Shown here piece by piece: positions 61,747-64,000 of a DNA stretch of 64,000 bases; position 1 is the stretch's first letter, and each line of letters begins with the position of its first letter. The stretch is from Candidatus Binatia bacterium (GTDB taxonomy: Bacteria > Desulfobacterota > Binatia > Bin18). Location of the stretch: NCBI GenBank assembly GCA_963664395.2, contig OY761159.2, forward strand, positions 2,400,001-2,464,000, written 5' to 3'. The translations under genes and the position numbers were made by a program. A model generated the notes under the pieces. That model did no database searches. It worked only from the letters and a program-made list of their open reading frames with translations, and was not told the origin of the DNA.

Positions 61747-61781
61747 CTGGGGATTAGGGACTGGGAGTTAGGAGTTGGGGA
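61747..61781. repeat. Degenerate heptamer tandem repeat x5
   Basis: ctgggga ttaggga ctgggag ttaggag ttgggga. Confidence 0.7.
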
Positions 61782-61848
61782 TGTTGTAAAAAGGAATTTC
61801 TGAAAGAGCGGGGGTGGGTTACACCATTTCTCGTTAGTGGCGAGCGGC

Positions 61849-61865
61849 TTGGCATAGCATATGCT
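61849..61865 (+). promoter_or_regulatory. Sigma-54 promoter of the ATP-grasp/alpha-E operon
   Basis: TTGGCATAGCATATGCT, GG-N10-GC. Confidence 0.72.
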
Positions 61866-61930
61866 CTCTATCAGGCTGGGACTCCGCCCGACTAAGGGAC
61901 AGGAGCGTATACTTTTGGGAGCGCGAGCGC

Positions 61931-63385
61931 ATGGCAAGTTTTGATGATTACGACACCGGTGGATTTTACGATGAAATGTTTCTGCCTGACGGGGTCCCCC
62001 GGCCGGAAGCGGCCCTCTTGGCGCAGTTGATCGGCTCGCTGCCGGACGGCGAGATGAACCGCCGCCAACAGGCTGCCGAACGCGCCCTGCTCCATATGGG
62101 CATTACCTTTAATGTCTATGGCGATAAGGCTGCGGCCGAAAAAGTCTGGCCGTTTGACGTGCTGCCGCGCATGATGCAGGCGTCTGAGTGGGAATGGATC
62201 GAACGCGGCCTCAAGCAACGCATCCAGGCGCTCAACCTGTTTCTCGACGATGTGTATCATGATCAAAAGATCGTCAAAGACGGGATCATTCCGCGCGAGA
62301 TTATTCAGTCGGCCAGCAGCTTCCGCCCGGCCTGCGTCGGACTCAATCCGCCGAATGGGGTCTGGTGCCATATTACCGGAACCGATCTGGTCCGTGACGG
62401 AGACGGACAGGTCTACGCGCTCGAAGATAATTTGCGCTGTCCGTCCGGCGTCTCCTATGTGCTGGCCAACCGCGAGATCATGAAGCGGACCTTTCCCTCG
62501 GTCTTTGAGGCGTCCCACGTCCTGCCGGTCGATGATTATCCGAACCGTCTGCTCGACCTCCTCTTGCAACTCTGTCCCGATTATATTCAGTCGCCCAGCG
62601 TGGCGGTGCTGACCCCTGGGATATATAACTCGGCCTACTATGACCACTCCTTTCTGGCCCAGCAGATGGGGGTGGAACTGGTTGAGGGACGGGATCTGGT
62701 GGTTGTCGATGGGACGGTCCAGATGCGGACGACCAAAGGGCTGGAGCGAGTTGACGTCTTGTATCGTCGCATTGATGACGACTTTCTTGACCCCCAGGTG
62801 TTTAACCCCGATTCGATGCTCGGCGTACCGGGCCTCTTCGAGGTCTACAAAGCCGGGCGTATCGCCGTGGTCAATGCCCCCGGAACCGGGGTTGCGGATG
62901 ACAAGGTCGTCTATGCCTATGTCCCCAAAATGATCAAATACTATCTGGGCGAGGACAATATCATTCCCAACGTCCCGACCTATTTGTGCTGGGACGAGAA
63001 AGACCTCCAGTATGTCCTGGCGCATCTGGACAGCCTGGTGGTCAAGGCGGCCAATGAGTCCGGGGGGTATGGCATGCTGGTCGGTCCGCACGCCTCAGAA
63101 GAAGCGCGGGCGCAATTTGCCCGACTGATTCAGGCCGACCCGCGCAATTATATTGCCCAGCCCACGCTGGCCCTGTCTCGTGCCCCGATTCTAGCCGAGG
63201 AGCGGTTTGTCGGGCGGCATCTCGATCTGCGCCCGTTTATTTTATACGGCAAGGATATCTATGTGTTACCCGGCGGGCTGACGCGGGTTGCGCTGCGGGA
63301 AGGCTCGCTTGTCGTCAATTCTTCTCAGGGCGGCGGCAGCAAAGACACCTGGGTGGTCCCCGCTGTCGCGCCGTCTACTGAGTAG
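61931..63385 (+). CDS. Circularly permuted type 2 ATP-grasp protein
   Basis: [59 protein letters not shown]. Confidence 0.95.
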   Translation: MASFDDYDTGGFYDEMFLPDGVPRPEAALLAQLIGSLPDGEMNRRQQAAERALLHMGITFNVYGDKAAAEKVWPFDVLPRMMQASEWEWIERGLKQRIQALNLFLDDVYHDQKIVKDGIIPREIIQSASSFRPACVGLNPPNGVWCHITGTDLVRDGDGQVYALEDNLRCPSGVSYVLANREIMKRTFPSVFEASHVLPVDDYPNRLLDLLLQLCPDYIQSPSVAVLTPGIYNSAYYDHSFLAQQMGVELVEGRDLVVVDGTVQMRTTKGLERVDVLYRRIDDDFLDPQVFNPDSMLGVPGLFEVYKAGRIAVVNAPGTGVADDKVVYAYVPKMIKYYLGEDNIIPNVPTYLCWDEKDLQYVLAHLDSLVVKAANESGGYGMLVGPHASEEARAQFARLIQADPRNYIAQPTLALSRAPILAEERFVGRHLDLRPFILYGKDIYVLPGGLTRVALREGSLVVNSSQGGGSKDTWVVPAVAPSTE

Positions 63386-63407
63386 AGAGAAAGCGAACTG
63401 AAAGCCT

Positions 63408-64000
63408 ATGTTGAGTCGTGTTGCTGACTCGATCTACTGGATGAGTCGCTATATCGAACGAGTCGAGAATGTCGCCCGTTTTATTGATGTCAATCTGTTG
63501 ATGATCCTCGATCTCCCGGCCGGGTCGTCTGAACAGTGGGCGCCTTTGGTCAGCGCCACTGGAGATGATACCCAATTCAAGGAGCGTTACGGCACGGCCG
63601 GCCGGGAGCGGGTCATTCAGTTCCTGGCCTTTGATCGGGAGAATCCGAACTCGATTGTCTCCTGCTTACGCGCGGCGCGGGAAAGCGCGCGTTCCGTGCG
63701 TGAGATCATCTCGTCTGACATGTGGGAGCAGATCAATACCTTTTACCTGATGGTCAACGAAGCCGCGGCGGCAGAGCAGGGTATTGAGTCTCCGCACGAT
63801 TTTTTTCATCAAGTGAAACTGGCTGGTCACCTGTTTGAGGGAGTAACGGATGCGACGTTATCACACAGTGAGGGTTGGCATTTCTGCCGGGTTGGACGAC
63901 TCTTGGAACGGGCGGACAAGACCTCGCGCATTCTCGATGTGAAATACTTTATTCTCCTGCCGGCCGTTTCCGATATCGGTACGCCCTTCGACAACATTCA
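63408..64000 (+). CDS. Alpha-E domain protein (partial, runs off the window)
   Basis: Manual translation: MLSRVADSIYWMSRYIERVENVAR...ERADKTSRILDVKY. Confidence 0.92.
   Translation, partial: MLSRVADSIYWMSRYIERVENVARFIDVNLLMILDLPAGSSEQWAPLVSATGDDTQFKERYGTAGRERVIQFLAFDRENPNSIVSCLRAARESARSVREIISSDMWEQINTFYLMVNEAAAAEQGIESPHDFFHQVKLAGHLFEGVTDATLSHSEGWHFCRVGRLLERADKTSRILDVKYFILLPAVSDIGTPFDNI

Overview
GC-rich bacterial window. The gene content (LLM oxidoreductases, UGA-recoded selenoproteins, cadherin/Calx-like surface proteins) tentatively suggests a Binatia/deltaproteobacterial-type organism, possibly from a metagenome assembly; this is inference. From start to end: a type I RM operon with a PIN-TIR-membrane protein cassette between hsdS and hsdR; housekeeping and catabolic genes (enoyl-CoA hydratase, hflKC, LLMs, MBL hydrolase); a three-piece Co-type nitrile/thiocyanate hydrolase cluster with an embedded SDR; a second type I RM locus with radC; an operon containing a UGSC-motif selenoprotein; a poly-G-split DNA methyltransferase facing a broken mcrBC; thrC; a WUPYC peroxiredoxin-like selenoprotein; a highly structured intergenic RNA candidate (about 39.4-39.7 kb, minus strand); two TA modules; a nitrate/nitrite assimilation cluster with two sigma-54 promoters sharing a 47-bp upstream element; a modular surface sulfatase; and the start of a sigma-54-driven ATP-grasp/alpha-E operon. 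Many frameshifts are present and may be consensus errors. The strongest candidates for novelty are the structured RNA, the TIR + membrane effector + PIN cassette, the UGSC selenoprotein operon, and the membrane-linked nitrate reductase module with its enhancer. No tRNA, rRNA, CRISPR array or transposase was recognised.
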